Part shown: positions 19,629 to 21,145 of the stretch, in pieces
Layout: every line of letters starts with the position of its first letter
How positions within the stretch are numbered: position 1 is the stretch's first letter
NCBI GenBank assembly: GCA_043804515.1
Contig: JAZDIZ010000165.1
Location: forward strand, 1 to 21,145
Reading direction: 5' to 3'
From: Pseudomonadota bacterium
GTDB taxonomy: Bacteria > Bdellovibrionota_G > JALEGL01 > DATDPG01
Length of the DNA stretch: 21,145 nucleotides
The notes under the pieces: model-generated
The model's input: the letters and a program-made list of their open reading frames with translations, nothing else
The model's database searches: none
What the model was told of the DNA's origin: nothing
Translations under genes and position numbers: made by a program

Positions 19629-21005
19629 ATGAGAACTGATGCGCTGGTCGTCCTGGATTTCGACGGCACGCTTGTCGATTTGAATCTTCCGCGCGAGTGG
19701 TTGAAATCCAACGTGGGAAGACTTCTTGCGGATGCGGGCGCCCAGAATTCTCTCGTGCCCTTTCTCCCTGGGATCGAAGAGGCGCTCGTGGCGGTGAGCC
19801 GGAGGAATGCGCAAGAGGCGGAAGAACTCCGGACCAAGATCTTTGCCTTGATTACGGAAGCGGATGTTCGGGGCGCGCGCGAAAGCTCGGCCGTTCCGGG
19901 CGTGCGGGAGTTCCTTGGCGGGCTGCGCGGCCGGCGGATCCTTCTCTATTCCAACAATTGCCGGGAAGCGGTGAGGGAGGGGCTCCGACGCGCCGGATTG
20001 GCCGAAGAATTGTTTTGGAGGATGGTGACACGGGAGGAGGAGCGCTCCCTAAAACCGTCCGGGCGGCCGATCCTCGAGGCCATGGACGAACTGGGCACTT
20101 CGGCTCCCGAAGAGGTGTTCGTGATCGGAGACCACCCCTACGACATTCTCTCGGCCGTAGAGGCTCAGGCCCTTCTGGGGGATCGGGCGCGCGTCGTGCC
20201 GGTAGGCCGGTATCGGGACAGGCATCGGGCTCGGAATCTGGAGACCGCTGGAGCGTGGTTTCTGATCAGGGATCTCGAAGAGGCTCTCCCGCTTCTGACG
20301 ACCGAACCCCGGTCCGAAGCAGTTTCTCTCGTGCTCTTGGCTTATAACGAGGAAAAAGCGGTGGCCGCCGCGGTCGAGGACGCGCAACGTTTTTTAAGCC
20401 TGTACGCGCCGAACTTCGAAGTGCTTGTCGTGGACGACGGCAGCCGGGACGGGACGGCGACGATTCTGGAAAGCCTTGCACGTCCGCGCCTGCGGGTGAT
20501 CACGCATGCGCGCAACGAGGGGATGGGAACCTCAGCGCGGGACGGGTATCGCGCCGCACAGGGCGAGTACCTGGCCCATCTTCCGGGAGACCGGCAGGTC
20601 AGGTCTCAATCGTTGATCCATTTCCTCCCGGCCATGGCACCGCGGACCGTCGTTCTCTCGACCTACGAAAATCCCCCTTCCGGCCTGCGGCGACAGCTGA
20701 TCTCCCGGATTTTCCGGGGGATGGTGCGATGGGTCGCGGGGCTGAACGTCGACTTCGCGGGGACCTACTTGTTCCACCGGGACCTCCTGAACGAGGTGAA
20801 TTGGGACCGGGCGGCCTCCGACACGTTCGTCTTCAGCTTCGAACTCCTGGAGGCGTTCCAGAAATCCGGATGCTCGTTCGAACGGGTCCGGATCCGGACG
20901 TACCCGCGGGAGGACGGAGGCAGCCGTGAGGATTCGCTCCGTCGGATCGGAAAGGTTTTCTGGGAGCTGATTCGAAGCCGGATCCGGAGCGTACGGCATG
21001 GGTGA
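19629..21005 (+). CDS. Fusion of HAD hydrolase (N-terminal) and family-2 glycosyltransferase (DPM1/ArnC-like, C-terminal)
   Basis: HAD motifs VLDFDGTLVD, SNN, KP, IGDHPYD. GT2 motifs VSLVLLAYNEE, VVDDGSRDGT, HARNEGMG, LPGDRQ. Confidence 0.85.
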   Translation: MRTDALVVLDFDGTLVDLNLPREWLKSNVGRLLADAGAQNSLVPFLPGIEEALVAVSRRNAQEAEELRTKIFALITEADVRGARESSAVPGVREFLGGLRGRRILLYSNNCREAVREGLRRAGLAEELFWRMVTREEERSLKPSGRPILEAMDELGTSAPEEVFVIGDHPYDILSAVEAQALLGDRARVVPVGRYRDRHRARNLETAGAWFLIRDLEEALPLLTTEPRSEAVSLVLLAYNEEKAVAAAVEDAQRFLSLYAPNFEVLVVDDGSRDGTATILESLARPRLRVITHARNEGMGTSARDGYRAAQGEYLAHLPGDRQVRSQSLIHFLPAMAPRTVVLSTYENPPSGLRRQLISRIFRGMVRWVAGLNVDFAGTYLFHRDLLNEVNWDRAASDTFVFSFELLEAFQKSGCSFERVRIRTYPREDGGSREDSLRRIGKVFWELIRSRIRSVRHG

Positions 21006-21145
21006 GGCCCTGGCGCTTCTGACGGCGGTCACCTGGTCCGTCGGCGTGATCCTCTTTCGGATGGCGGGAAGGGAAGTGGGGCCCTTCGCCCTGAACGTGT
21101 TCAAGAACACCGTGGCCCTAATTCTGCTGGGCGTTTCGATGCCGA
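20998..21145 (+). CDS. EamA/DMT-family transporter, N-terminal part (truncated by window edge)
   Basis: Own translation MGEALALLTAVTWSVGVILFRMAGREVGPFALNVFKNTVALILLGVSMP is a typical EamA start; 8-nt overlap with the upstream gene. Not in the supplied ORF track. Confidence 0.75.
   Translation, partial: MGEALALLTAVTWSVGVILFRMAGREVGPFALNVFKNTVALILLGVSMP

Overview
GC-rich bacterial chromosomal window, probably origin-proximal. Gene content and order suggest a former-Deltaproteobacteria lineage such as Bdellovibrionota or Myxococcota (inference). The left part holds the 3' end of mnmE, a parS site, a stand-alone GlmU-C-like hexapeptide acyltransferase, mnmG, an HTH/coiled-coil protein where rsmG usually sits, parA, parB, a bactofilin, and the atpF'-F-H-A-G-D-C half of a split ATP synthase operon. 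The right part holds a sigma54-type orphan secreted protein bracketed by a duplicated 5' end of a HAD phosphatase gene, a MXAN_5187-C-like protein, a SpoIID/LytB lipoprotein, a GT-C-like membrane protein, a PilZ protein with a sigma54-type promoter, and an operon of WbmS-like deacetylase, ATP-grasp ligase, HAD-GT2 fusion and EamA transporter (truncated by the window edge). Best leads: (1) a RacA-like HTH-coiled-coil/ParA/ParB/parS/bactofilin chromosome-anchoring module; (2) an Arn-like glycan-tailoring pathway with an ATP-grasp ligase; (3) a sharply A-rich patch inside mnmG suggesting an overlapping DNA-level function; (4) the insertion scar around the orphan gene. All family calls are by eye from motifs; no searches were run.
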